Part shown: positions 49,201 to 61,043 of the stretch, piece after piece
Layout: each line of letters opens with the position of its first letter
How positions within the stretch are numbered: the stretch's first letter is position 1
NCBI GenBank assembly: GCA_030390025.1
Contig: CM059431.1
Location: forward strand, 155,870,001-155,934,000
Direction of reading: 5' to 3'
DNA: 64,000 nt
From: Squalus acanthias
Lineage: Eukaryota
Notes under the pieces: model-generated
Told to the model about the DNA's origin: nothing
The model's database searches: none
What the model saw: only the letters and a program-made list of their open reading frames with translations
Made by a program: the position numbers and the translations under genes

Positions 49201-49475
49201 TTCGGCAGCACCTCTCAAACCCGCGATCTCTTCCACCTAGAAGGACAAGGGCAGCAGACGCATGGGAACACCACCACCTCCACGTTCACCTCCAAGTCAC
49301 ACAGCATCCTGACTTAGAAGTATATCGCCGATCCTTCTTGGTCGCTGGGACAAAATCCTGGAACTCCCCACCTAACAGCACTGTGGGAGTACCATCACCA
49401 CACGGACTGCAGCGGTTTAAGAACGCAGCTCAAAACCATCTTCTCAAGGGCAATTAGGAATGGGCAATACATGTT
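46248..49475 (+). mobile_element. Near-full-length tRNA-headed, ORF1-less LINE (single APE-endonuclease plus RT ORF, CR1-group-like), disrupted
   Basis: A-box-like TATCATAGTGG (46253-46263) and B-box-like GTTCAAAATCC (46317-46327), then SINE core to ~46570. Then LLTNI..VPKL..PDIIIFTES..GG..VY..YR..DLN..TRG..LD, RT (GPDNIP, GVPQGSVLGP, MFADD) and tail ctcaagggcaattaggaatgggcaat. Confidence 0.92.
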
Positions 49476-50787
49476 CAGAAGTCATGCCTGAGTGACTGAA
49501 TGAGTACTTTACACCTGTCTTTACAAAAGAATAGAATAACGTTAATGGTGGTTTAGAGAGCGGGGAGCAAACGTTGTAGATAGTATAAAAGTAGACATAA
49601 AGCATTTGCTAAAGAGGTTGGCATCACTTAAAGTCAATAAGTCAACCGATCCACTTGGGATACATCCCAGCATGCTGAGGGAAGCTAAGATGGAGACAGC
49701 AAAATATCTATCTACAATCTTCGTATTGTAGATGTACCAGAGTACTGTAGGGTCGCAAATCTTAAACCCCAATTAAAAAGGGGAGAAGGATAAACCTGAT
49801 TACTTGATAATCAGTCCTACGTCAGTGGTGGAAAATTTGCTAGAGAGCATTGTCAAAGACAACATTACTTATCACTTGGAGAAGTGCTCGTTACTTAGGA
49901 CAGCCAGCCGAATTTATTCAAGGCAAATCGTGTCCGATTAACCTGATTGAGTTTCTCATCAAGTAACAGACGCAGTTGATTAAATAACTGCCGTAAATAT
50001 TGTACGTATGGATGCATTTGATAAACTACCACTTAACACAATTATTCGGGAAATAGAAGCATGTAGTATTAAAGGGACGGTGCTAACTTTGGTACACAAC
50101 TGGTTAGTGAATAGGAGCAGAGCATTGATATTATACAATGAGTTTACGACTGGAGAAAAGTATTCAGTGGGGTCCCCCAGGGGTCGCTAATAGGAAAATT
50201 GTTTATCTTGTTACATGTAAATGACCTGGACTTGTGTACAGGGAGTACCATTTCGAAGTTTGCAGGCGATAGAAAGCTTGGCAACATAGTAAATAGTGAG
50301 CATGATAATAGCAGCGTTCAAGAGGACATAGAAATTCTGGTGAAATGGAAGGAATCATGTTGAATGAAATTTAATGCGGAGAAATGTGAAACAATGTACT
50401 TTGGAAGAACAACATGGACATTATATCTAGGGGATACAAGAATACTGGGAATTGGGTTGCTTATTCATAAATGTTTGAATGTGGAAGTGTAAGTTGAGAA
50501 GGTGGCTAAGAAAGCGTATGGGATACTTGGGTTTGTAAACAAAGGCATCGAATACAAAAAACAAGGAAATCATGCTAAACCTTTACAAATATCAGGTTTG
50601 CCCTCAGCAGGATTATTGTTTAAAAAATATGTGCACCACACTTCAGGAAGGATGTCAAAGTACTGGAGGGTGTACAGAGGAGGTTTACCAAGATTGTACC
50701 AAGGACGAGGGAGCACAGTTATATGGAAAGATTGGGGATGTGGAGATTGATCTCCTAAGAGTAGAGACAAATAAGGGGAAACATACT

Positions 50788-51378
50788 GGGCCTGAATTTC
50801 CGATCGGGGGCTTAATGCGGGCTATGCCTCCAATCGGAAAAAATTTGCAAACTTATCTGCTGGCTCCGTAGATCTCGAGACTTCCGATCATGTGCATCTG
50901 CTCTACGAAATACGCAGAGGCCCAGGTATCCCAGGGGCGCATGCGTTCGCAAGCGTCCCTGGGATCACGTCTGCCATGGGGAACCAATCAAGGAAGCGAA
51001 CTGTCAAAACTATGAATGTGGATCACTTAAAATTAAAACGACATAAAATTAAACATTTTAAACCATAATTTAATTTTTTGAAAAAAAAATGATTGAAGAT
51101 TTTAAGGGGGCTAAAAAAAGTATTTTTAATACCATTTTTTAGCAGGCATAAGATTTTTAAAGGCTTTCAGCAGGTGGAAGTTGTGCAGAAGGCAAAAATC
51201 TCTGCCCGAGGAGGCTCTTCTCCCGGACATCCAAGCGATCTTTCAAGAGGTTTCTTGAAAGATCGCAAGTACCGGGTTTTAGCGCAAGCGTTTCACATGC
51301 CTAAACCCGGCACTTCCGTGGCCCCGATGGGTTCGTACAAACATAATACGCACCTATAGAGATCGCTAAATAATGCCC
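50788..51378. mobile_element. Non-autonomous DNA-transposon-like element with GGGC...GCCC termini, nested in CR1
   Basis: Imperfect TIR gggcctgaatttccgatc / gatcgctaaataatgccc. Same family as 28474-29229. The host CR1 sequence resumes after it. Confidence 0.75.
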
Positions 51379-51849
51379 AATAGATTAATTCAAAATTATG
51401 AGGGCTTTTTATGGAGCAAGTAGTGAGAAACGGTTTCCTCTGACAAGTTGGTAGGTAACCAGAGGTCATAGATTTAGACATAAAGTAATTGTCAAAATAA
51501 CTTCAAACAGAGGTTTATTAAGATTTAGTATGCACTCCCTAAAACGGTGGTGGAATCAGTTTCCATAGCAACTTCAAGCAGGCAATTGGACATGAAATTT
51601 AAGAGGACTAATTTGCAGGGTTGTTGGGAAAAGGCTGAGGTGTGGGACTAAATTGGACAGCTTTTTCAAGAAACCGGCACAGGCGTGATGGGCCGAATGG
51701 CCTTCTTCTGTGGTGTAAGATTCAATGATCCTAATCTAAGCTACGTGCCCAACATCCCCACATCCATTACCCCACTTGTTCTAAATCGGATTGGCCCTCT
51801 TTTATCCTTTATACCTGCCCCATGCTTAATTATCTTCTCTCCTTTGCAG

Positions 51850-53020
51850 TGCTTCTAAACAGAGTGTTCGAATTCGGAATTTGAAGAGAATGCAAATCCG
51901 GAGGAGAGCAGGTGGCAGGTAAATATTTAATTTCATCTACTTAGAATTAAAACTAGATCCAGTAATTAGTTAAAAAAATATATATTCTAATTCAATTAAA
52001 TAATTCAATTTTAATTAACTAAATAAATAAAACAGGGTTATATAGCAATGACAGTGCAGGTGGTGTGCCACACCTACTGCATGTGGTATTATATGGAGAG
52101 TGTCGCGATCCTGGATCAACACGACTGCAGTAAGTGTCTGCAACTCGAGGAACTTCATCTTTGAGTTGTTGAGCTTGAGTCCGAGGGGCAAACATTGCGG
52201 GGCTTCAGGGAGTCGTTGATTTATCTGGAAATTTTGATCCAGGAGTCTGTCATACCCCTTACTTTAGGTAGTGATAAAGGTCTATTTCTTGATCAGGGAT
52301 AGGACGGCGTGACTGCATCTCAGGCAGGTAAGGGGATCCCAGGTTCAATGCTGGAGGAGTCTCAGCCTTTGCCTTTGTCCGATAGGTATGAGATACTTGC
52401 TGCCTTTGTGGATGAGGGCCAAGTCTGCAGGATTGATGAGCGAACTGACCACGGCACCGTGTTACCTGAGGTCGTTTAGGTGGTGGTGGGGGGGATGGGG
52501 GTGAAAAGTAATGTAGTTTGGGTAGGATCCAGTGTAGTCAGGCGGATAGGTACTGTTCTATGCAGCCGAGACCGGTAGATCTGTAGAATATGTTGTCTGG
52601 CCGGTGCCTGTGCTAAGGATATCTCCTGCTGGCTGGAGAAGAAATTTGAGTGGAGGGGGAGGATTAAGTGATCATGGCCCACGTAGGAATGATCGACATA
52701 TGTAGAACCAGGAGTGAGGTTTTGTTGAGAGAGTTTGAAGAGCCAGGGCCCAAATTTAAATGCAGAACATCAAAATTAATAATCTCTAGATTTTTACCTG
52801 AGCCACGAGGAAACTGACATAGTGGCAAGCAGATCAGATAGTTAGGTGCGTGGCTCAAAGAGTGATGTGGCAGAAAGGGGTTTCGATTCATGGGGCTCTG
52901 ATACTGGTCAAAGAGGGAGCTGTTCTGTTGGCATTGTCGCCATTGAACCAAGGCTGGGACCAGTGCCCTGGCGAATCGAATAATTAGGACTGTAGATAGG
53001 GCTTTAAATTAAAAAGGGGG
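51850..53020 (+). mobile_element. CR1 5'UTR plus ORF1 fragment
   Basis: Homologous to 22540-23348 and 13560-14640 (HDCSKCLQLEEL; HVG.ID). Confidence 0.85.
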
Positions 53021-53024
53021 GGGG

Positions 53025-54814
53025 GACATAAGAACAGAAGAAATAGGAGCAGGAGTAGGCCAATTGGCCCCTCGAGCCTGCTCCGCCGTTCAATAAGATC
53101 ATGGCTGATCTGATCCTAACCGCCAATCTACTATCACAGAACCATCTCCAGAAGCTAACTGAATTGGACACAAGAAATAAGAGCAGGATCAGGCTACACG
53201 GCCCCTGGGCCCGCTACGCTACCCACAGGGCCATGACCGATCCGAACCTAGACTCATGTCCAAATTCTTCCCGCTCCCCGTAACCCTTAATTCAATTTAC
53301 TTCTAGGAAACTGCCTATTTCTGTTTTAAATTTATGTAATGATGTAGCTTCTACAGCTTATTGGGGCAGCATATTCCATGGACCTACCACCCTCTGAGTG
53401 AAGTAGTTCCTTCTCATCTCAGTTTTGAAAGAGCAGAGCCTTATTCTAAGACTATGCCCCCTAGTTCTAGTTTCACCCATCATCGGGAACATCCTCCCCG
53501 CATCCACCCGATCCAAACCCTTCACAATCTTATATGTTTCAATAAGATCGCCTCTCATTCTTCTGAACTCCAATGAGTAGAGTCCCAAACTGCCCAACCT
53601 CTCCTCATATGTCCATCCCCTCATCCCCGGGATTAACCGAGTGAACCTTCTTTGTAAAGACTCGAGAGCAAGTATGTATTTTCTTAAGTATGAACACCAA
53701 AACTGAGTGCAGTATTCCCGGTGCGGTCTCACCAATACCTTGTACAACTGAAGCAATACCTCCCTATTTTTATATTCTACCCCTTAGCAATGAAAGCCAA
53801 CATTCCATTGGCCTTCTAAATTACTTGCTGCACCTGCATACTAACCTTTTGAGTTTCGTGCACCAGGACCCCCAGATCCCTTTGTACTTCAGTACTTTCC
53901 AGTTTCTTGCCATTTAGATAATAACTTGCTCTACTATTTTTCCTGCCAAAGTGCATAACCTCACACTTTCCAGTATTGTATTCCATCTGCCAAATCTCTG
54001 CCCCCTTACTTAGCCTGTCTATGTCCCCTTGCAGATTTTTTATGTCCTCCTCACTCACTACTTTCCCTCCCATCTTAGTATCATCTGCAAACTTTGATAT
54101 GTTACACTCGGTCCCCTCCTCGAAATCGTTAATATAGATTGTAAAGAGTTGGGGACCTAGCGCAGACCCCTGCGGAACACCACTAGTTACTGATTGCCAG
54201 TCTGAGAATGAACCATTTATCCCAACTCTCTGTTTTCTGTTAGATAGCCAATCGTCTATCCATGCCAGAATATTACCCCCAATCCCGTGTTTTTTTATTT
54301 TAAGCAATAATCTTTTGTGTGGCACCTTGTCAAATGCCTTTTGGAAATCTAAATACACCACTGCCACTGGTTCCCCTGTATCCACACTGTGTGTTACTTC
54401 CTCAAAAAACTCCGGCAAATTTGTCAAACATGACTTCCCCTTCATAAAACCATGCTGACTTTCTCCTATTAAATTATGATTATCCAAATGTCCCGTTACT
54501 GTCTTCTTAATAATGGACTCCAAAATTTTACCTACCACAGATGTTAGGCTAACCGGTCTATAGTTTGCAGCCTTCTGTCTACTGCCCTTTTTAAATAAGG
54601 GTGTTACATTAGCAGTTTTCCAGTCTGTCGGGATCTTTGCTGAGTCCAGGGGGATTTGGAAAATTATTACCAATGCATCCACAATCCCTACTGCCACTTC
54701 CCTCAAGACCCTAGGATGTAAGCCATCAGTTCCAGGTGATTTATCCGCCTTGAGTCCCATTATTTTACCGAGTACCACTTCCTTAGTGATTTTGATCGTG
54801 TTTAGCTCCTCCCC
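53025..54814 (-). mobile_element. Young 5'-truncated CR1 with an uninterrupted RT domain and duplicated 3' module
   Basis: ORF 53816..54955 is open over KSPGTDGLHP..LDFQKAFDKVPH..GVPQGSALGP..FADDTK. ORF 53358..53756 gives the C-terminus. Same subfamily as 19085-20480. Confidence 0.97.
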
Positions 54815-54930
54815 CGCATGCCCGATAGGAGACTCCCAAAACAAGCGCTCTACTCGGAGCTCCGACACGGCAAGACAGACCAAGGTGGGCAGAAGAAACG
54901 ATTTAAGGACACCCACAAAGCCTCCTTTAC
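54815..54930 (+). mobile_element. Short RTE-clade LINE fragment
   Basis: + strand RMPDRRLPKQALYSELRHGKTDQGGQKKRFKDTHKASF, the characteristic RTE ORF C-terminal motif. Confidence 0.8.
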
Positions 54931-55507
54931 CAATATATACCACCCTTACTGACATTGATTCTGCCTGTCCTTGTTTTTTTTAACAAATCCCACATCTTTT
55001 CAATTTCCCTTTGCAGTTTCCTCTGGTATAAATAAGTAACTGTAATCCACATTTTCGCACCATCTGCAAATTCCGGTAATGATATATAATCAAGTTAGTA
55101 ATAGATTAGAATAGTGGCCGCAGAACTGAATCATGCGGGGCAGCACCACTACTTTCAACAACTTGTATGCAGAACAAAACTTGGACGTTGACGGTTACTT
55201 CAATGCAATTTTCAAGTAACTTCCAGATGATGTATCCAATAAGTAATAATACACCAATATATCGTTTTAGGATATATATATATATATATAGAACACATAC
55301 ATATATGAGATCCGGTGCCCCACAAGATCAAGCAGTCCAACAGCTCCTCGACCCACACTTTGCAGTCAGTCACTAGTCTAACGTTAATTTGCAGAAGTGA
55401 CTCATTTGTGAAAGGTATATCATGCCTGACAAATCCGATTAAAATTTTTTGAGGAGGTGACTAAATTAGTAGACAGGGGTACGTGAATGGATGTTATTTA
55501 TATGGAC

Positions 55508-58500
55508 ATAATAACATAAGAACATAAGAAATAGGAGCATGAGTAGGCTATTCGGCACTTCGAGCCTGCTCCACCATTCAATGAGATCATGGCTGATCAT
55601 CTGACTCAACTCCATTCACCGGCCCTATCGCCATATCCCTTGATGCCCTTACTAGTCAGAATCTATCGACTTCTGTTTCGAATATACACAATGACTGAAC
55701 CTCCACAGCCCTCTAGGGTAGTGAATTCCAAGGATTCACCACCCTCTGTGTGAAGAAATGTCTTCTCATCTCAGTCCTGGATGGCCTAAGCTTTCTCTTG
55801 AGTCTGTGGCCCCTGATTCTAAACTCCCCAGCTCATGGAAATATTCTCCCAAAATCCATCCTATCAAGCCCTGTAATAATTTTGTATGCTTCAATGAGAT
55901 CCCCTCTCATTCTTCTGAATTCAAAAGAATTCAGGCATAGTTTACTCAATCGCTTCTCATACGACTGTCCCGCCATCCCAGGAATCAAACTCATGAACCT
56001 TCGTTGCACTCCCTCTATGGCAAGTATCTCCTTCCTTAGGTAAGGAGACCTAAAGTGTACACAGAACTCCAGGTGTGGTTTCACAAAGGCCTTTATAATT
56101 GGAGTAAGACTTATTTACTCCTGTTCTCAAATCCTCTTGTAATGAAGGCCAGCATACCATTTGTTTTCCTAATGGCTTCTTGCACATGCACATTCACTTT
56201 CAGTGACTCATGCACAAGGACACCCAGAACCCTTTGAGCATCTGCATTCCCCAATCTTTCACCATTTAGGAAATACGCTGCCTTTCTGTTTTTTCAACCA
56301 AAGTGGATATCTACACATTTATGCACCTTATATTCCATCTGCCATGTTCTCGCCCACTCACTGAGCCAGTCGAAATCCCCTTGAAGCATCTTCACATCCT
56401 CTTCGCAGCTGCCGCTGCCACCTAGCTTTGTATCATCAGCACATTTTGAAACATTACATTTAGTCCCCTCTTCCAAATCAGTGATATAGATTGTGAATAG
56501 CTGGGGCCCAAGCACCGATCCTTGCTTTACCCCACTTGTTACAGCCTGCCATTCAGAAAAAGACCCGTTTATGCCAACTCTATGCTTTCTGTCTGTTAAC
56601 GAATTCTCAATCCATGCTGGTGTATTACCCCCAATTCCATGTGCCCTAATTTTGTTCACCAACCTCTTGTGTTGGAACTTATCGAAGGTCTTCTGAAAAT
56701 CTAGATACACCACAACTACTGTTTCCCCTAAGTCTACTCCAGTAATTACATCCTCAAAGAACCCAATTGGTATGTCAAACAGGATTTACCTTACATAAAT
56801 GCATGTTGACTCTGCCCAATCTTACTATTAGTTTCGAAGTGCCCAGTTATTGCATCCTTTATAATTGATTCCAGCATTTTACCATGGACAACTTTTCCCT
56901 TATACCCTTCTAGTTTCCTCTGTTTAGATTGAAGACCTTAGTTTCAGATTGGACTACATCACTCTCAAGTTAAAAGTAAAATTCAATCATATTATGTTCA
57001 CTTGTCCCTAAAGGCCCCTTTACCACAAGATTATTGATTAGCTCTTTCTAACTACACTGTACCAGATGCAGAATAGCCTGTTCCCTGGTTGGTTCCTCCA
57101 CATACAGATAGAGGAAAACATCTCGCATGCATTCCAATAATTCGTCCTCCACACCATTAGTGGTAATTTGATATGCACAGTCAAAATGTAGATTAAAGTC
57201 ACTCATGATTACCGTATTGTCCATGTTACATGCACTTCTAATATCTTGATTGATACTGTGCCCTACATTACCATTAATGTTTGGTGGCCTATACACAACT
57301 CCCACCATTTTTTTCCGCCATTTGCTATTTCTTAGCTCCACCCAAATTGATTCCAGTTCTACTTCACGATCTGCCAAGCCAAGATCTTTTATCTCTACCG
57401 TACCTATATCGTCCCTTATCACAGCGCAACGCCACCTCCTTTTCCTTTTTTTTGTCCTTCCTAAATGTTGAGTACCCTGGACCATTCAGTTCCCAGCTTT
57501 GGTTACCCTGCAAGCATGTCTCTGTAATGGCAATTACATCATACCCATTTACTTCTATTAGTGCCATTAATTTATCCACCTTTTTGTGAATGCTACGAGC
57601 CTTTAGATACAGTGCCTTCAACTTTGCCTGTTAAATATGTTTCTGCAATTTGAACCTCTTTACTGTTGGCCTTTGTATCTGTTCCCTATTGTTTTGCTGA
57701 CTACTTTTCTAACTTTCACTTCCAGCTTTGTTTCTCTCCATTCTGGGCCCAGACTTAGGTTCCCAGCCCCCTGAAAAATGAGCTTAAATCCTTCCCAACA
57801 GCACTAGCAAACCCCCCTGAGAGGATGTTGGTCCCGCTTCTGCCGAGGTTTAAACCGACCAGCTTGTACACGTCCCACCTTCCCCAGAATCGGATCCAAA
57901 GCCTCAGGAATTTAAATGCCTCCCTCCTACACCATCTCGCCAGCCACGCATTCATCTAATCTATACTCCTATTTATGCTCTCGCTAGCACGTGTCACTGG
58001 GCGTAATCCTGAGATTACTAACTTTGAGATCCTGCTTTTTAATTTATTTTCTAGCTCCCTATATTCTGCTTGCAGGACCTCGTCCCTCTTTCTACCTATG
58101 TCGTTGGTACCGATATGGACCACGACCTCTGGCTGTTCATTCTCCCCCTTCAGAATGTCCGGCAGTGACATCCTTGACCTGTCCTGGAGTAACGTCTGCG
58201 GCCACAGAAACGTCTATCTGTTCCCCTTACGAGAGTATCCCCTATCACTATTGCTCTCCCACACTTTTTCCTCCCCTCCTGTGCAGCTGAGCCACTCGTT
58301 GTGCCACGGACTTGCCTCTTGCTGCATTCCCCTGAGAAACCATCTCCCCAAGCAATATCCAAAACGGAAAATCTTTTGGAGAGGGAGATGGACCCAGGTG
58401 ACTCCTGCACTACCTTCCGAGTTATTTTACTCTGTCTGGCGGTCACCCATTCATTCTCTGTCTGCCTATGCCCTCTTTACCTGTGTTGTGACCACCTCGT
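55508..58500 (-). mobile_element. Internally deleted CR1 (ORF1, EN, RT, 3'UTR) nested in the RT of a + strand CR1 (55400-55507 and 58500-59650)
   Basis: Host reads DVIYMD|FQKEFDKFPH across the insert. Insert has IGDTLVRG, HIGTNDIG, YDVIAITET and CADDTK; EN-RT junction deleted near 56880. Confidence 0.9.
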
Positions 58501-59649
58501 TATACTTCCAGAAGGAATTTGATAAATTCCCACATAAGAGACTGTTAACCAAAATAGAAGCCCACGGAATTGAGGACAAATTATTGACCTGATCATGAAA
58601 TTAGCTGACCAGCAGGAGACACGCAGTAGGAATAATACGTAGGTACACACATTGGCAGGAGGTGACTAGTGGTACCGCGCAGCCTGAAATATTCACAGTA
58701 TTTATTAACAGTTAGATGATTGCATAGAATGTCATTTATCCAAATTTGGCGATGACGCTTCGTAGGCAGTGCAGATGAAAGCATAAAATTACAAAGGGAT
58801 ATCGACAGATTAAATGTCTGGGTAAAGCTGTGGCAAATCTATTTCAATGCACGCAAATATGAGCTCATCCACTTTGGACCTAAACAGGACAGAACAGGGC
58901 ACTTTCTAAATTGTGAAAATCTAAAAACAGTGGATGTCCACAGAGAATTAGCGGTCCAGGTACATAGATTATTAAAATGTCATGAACAGGTAAAGAAAAT
59001 AATCAAAAAGACGAATGGAATGCTGACATTTACATGTAGAGGACTATAATACAAGGGGGTTAGAAGTTATGCTGCAGCTGTACAAAACGCTGGTTAGACC
59101 ACACCTGGAGTACTGTGAGAAGTTCTAGGCACCAAACCTCAGGAAGGATATATTGGCCTTGGAGGGAGTGCAGCGTAGGTTTACCAGAATGATTCCCGGT
59201 CACCAAGGGTTAAGTTGAAAGGAGAGAATACACAAATTAAGTTGGTATTCCTGAGAATTTAGAAGTTTAAGGGGTGATCTGAGCGAAATTTTCAAGATAT
59301 TAAGGGGAACAAACACGGTAGATAGAGATAAACTATTTCCGCTGGTTGGGGATTCTTGGACTAGGGGGGCATATTGTAAAAATAGAGCCAGATGTTTCTG
59401 GAGTGAATTTAGGAAACACTTCTACACACAAAGGCTGGTAGAAGTTTGGAACTCTCTCCCGGAAACGGCAAGTGATGCTACATCAATTGTTAATTTAAAG
59501 TTTGAGATTGATAGCATTTAATTATGCAAATATATTAAGTGATATGGGCAGAAGGCGAGTATATGAATTAGGTTGCAGGTCAGCCATGATCTCATTGAAT
59601 TTCGGAACAGGCTCGAGGTGTTCAATGGCCTAGTCCTGATCCAATGCTT

Positions 59650-60372
59650 CTAAGAGGTTTGACTCTGTGCCAATTCGCGCGTGGCTCAGGTAAAAATTTG
59701 CTTTTTAATTTGTACCCTAGCTCCTCCAACCTTCTCAGCAGAACGTCATCCCCAATTCTGCCTGTTTCGTTGGTTCCGATTTAAAACATTACAATTGGAA
59801 CCTCCCCGTCCTGCTCCAAATTCTTCTCCAGTCGTGAGGAGATGTCCTTAATCCTGGCACCGGGCAAACAACAGAGCCTTCTGCACTGCTGGGCATGGCT
59901 GCAGAGAGCAGGATCTCTCCCATGAATTCTACTAGCCCCTACAACTACCACATTGATTTTCGCTCCCTCCCCCTGCACTGTAAGGCCTCCTGTACCACGA
60001 TACCTTGGTCAATTTGCCCATCTTGCCGTGCAATATTTAATCTCATCCACACCGGTACCTGTTGAACAAGGACAAAAGCTCAGGCTCCTTCACCACTGCA
60101 TCTGAGTTCCCCTTACCTGCCTGACTCGCAAGCACATCCTCCTGTAAGATCTAATAACCAAATGTGAACCACTACCTAACCTAAGGGCTGTGGCTTTCTA
60201 TTGGTCTAAGTGCCATCTCCCCCTGCCTGGCACATAACAATGTCTGCACCTCAGACTCCAGCTCAACAACTCTAAACCGACATTTCTCGAGTGACAGAAT
60301 CTTACTGCAGATGTGGTTGTCCAAGTTCACGCTGCCCTCCACAAAATCCCACATGCTGCAGATAAACACGGC
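59650..60372 (-). mobile_element. CR1 ORF1 fragment
   Basis: ICSMWDF..HICSK; CCLPGARIKDISSRLEKNLE. Confidence 0.8.
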
Positions 60373-61043
60373 CAGCAGCATACTATAGACAGAGCTAAGT
60401 GATGCTAAACCAATGGATCAGATCAAATCTCTGCAGCTCTGCAGCATTCAATTGTGAATGGTGGTGGATATGTAAACAACTTACGGGAGGAGGAGGCTTC
60501 GGCAACTTGCCCATCCTAAATGATGGCGGACGGTAGCATGGTGGTTACGTTACTGGACTAGCAATTCAGAGGCCTGGACTATTGATGATCCAGAGTATAG
60601 GTAGTTCATATCCCAACAGGGGAGCAGTGGAATTTAAATGCAGTTAATTTAATAAATCTGGAATTAAAAAGCTAGTATCAGTAATGGTGAACAAGTAACT
60701 ACCGGATTGTCGTAGCAACCCACCTGGCTCACTAATGTCCTTTATGGGAGGTAATCTGCCGTCTGGCCAATATGTGATTCGAGAAAGAGAACAAGAGTTA
60801 ACGTTTCGTCCGAGCTGGAAAACGTTAGAAATATAATAGCTTTTAAGCAAGTATAGAGGCAGGGAAAGGTTTATCCGGAAAAGCCCTCCCCACTGACATT
60901 TGGGGACTTGTGCCAAAATTGGGAGAGCTGTCCCACAGACTAGTCAAGCAAGAACCCTGTCATAATCATAATCACAGAATCATACCTTTCAGGCAACGCC
61001 CCAGATTACTCCAGCACGATCCCTGGGTAGGTCCTGTCCCACC
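60373..61043 (+). mobile_element. Rearranged pieces of the tRNA-headed LINE: internal fragment (60373-60528), head (60529-60780), Penelope-derived patch (~60781-60870), endonuclease start (60875-61043)
   Basis: A box TAGCATGGTGG and B-box-like GTTCATATCC. Then LPTDIWGLVPKLGELSHRLVKQ matching 46690-46850. Confidence 0.85.

Larger units (their letters stand above)
42045..51730 (+). mobile_element. Old host CR1 ORF2 split into four pieces (42045-42130, 45755-46247, 49476-50787, 51379-51730)
   Basis: Motif order is continuous across the inserts: QYVSSPNR..VLDL | VSVGEHL..DHNII | LNEYF..VFTKE..KFAGD | FKIMRGF..3'UTR. Confidence 0.8.

Noticed and set aside
53816..54955. 379-aa RT ORF as a domesticated or novel gene
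   Set aside because: It is a 5'-truncated CR1. The first ~47 residues are antisense RTE and flank sequence, and the frame breaks near 53816.
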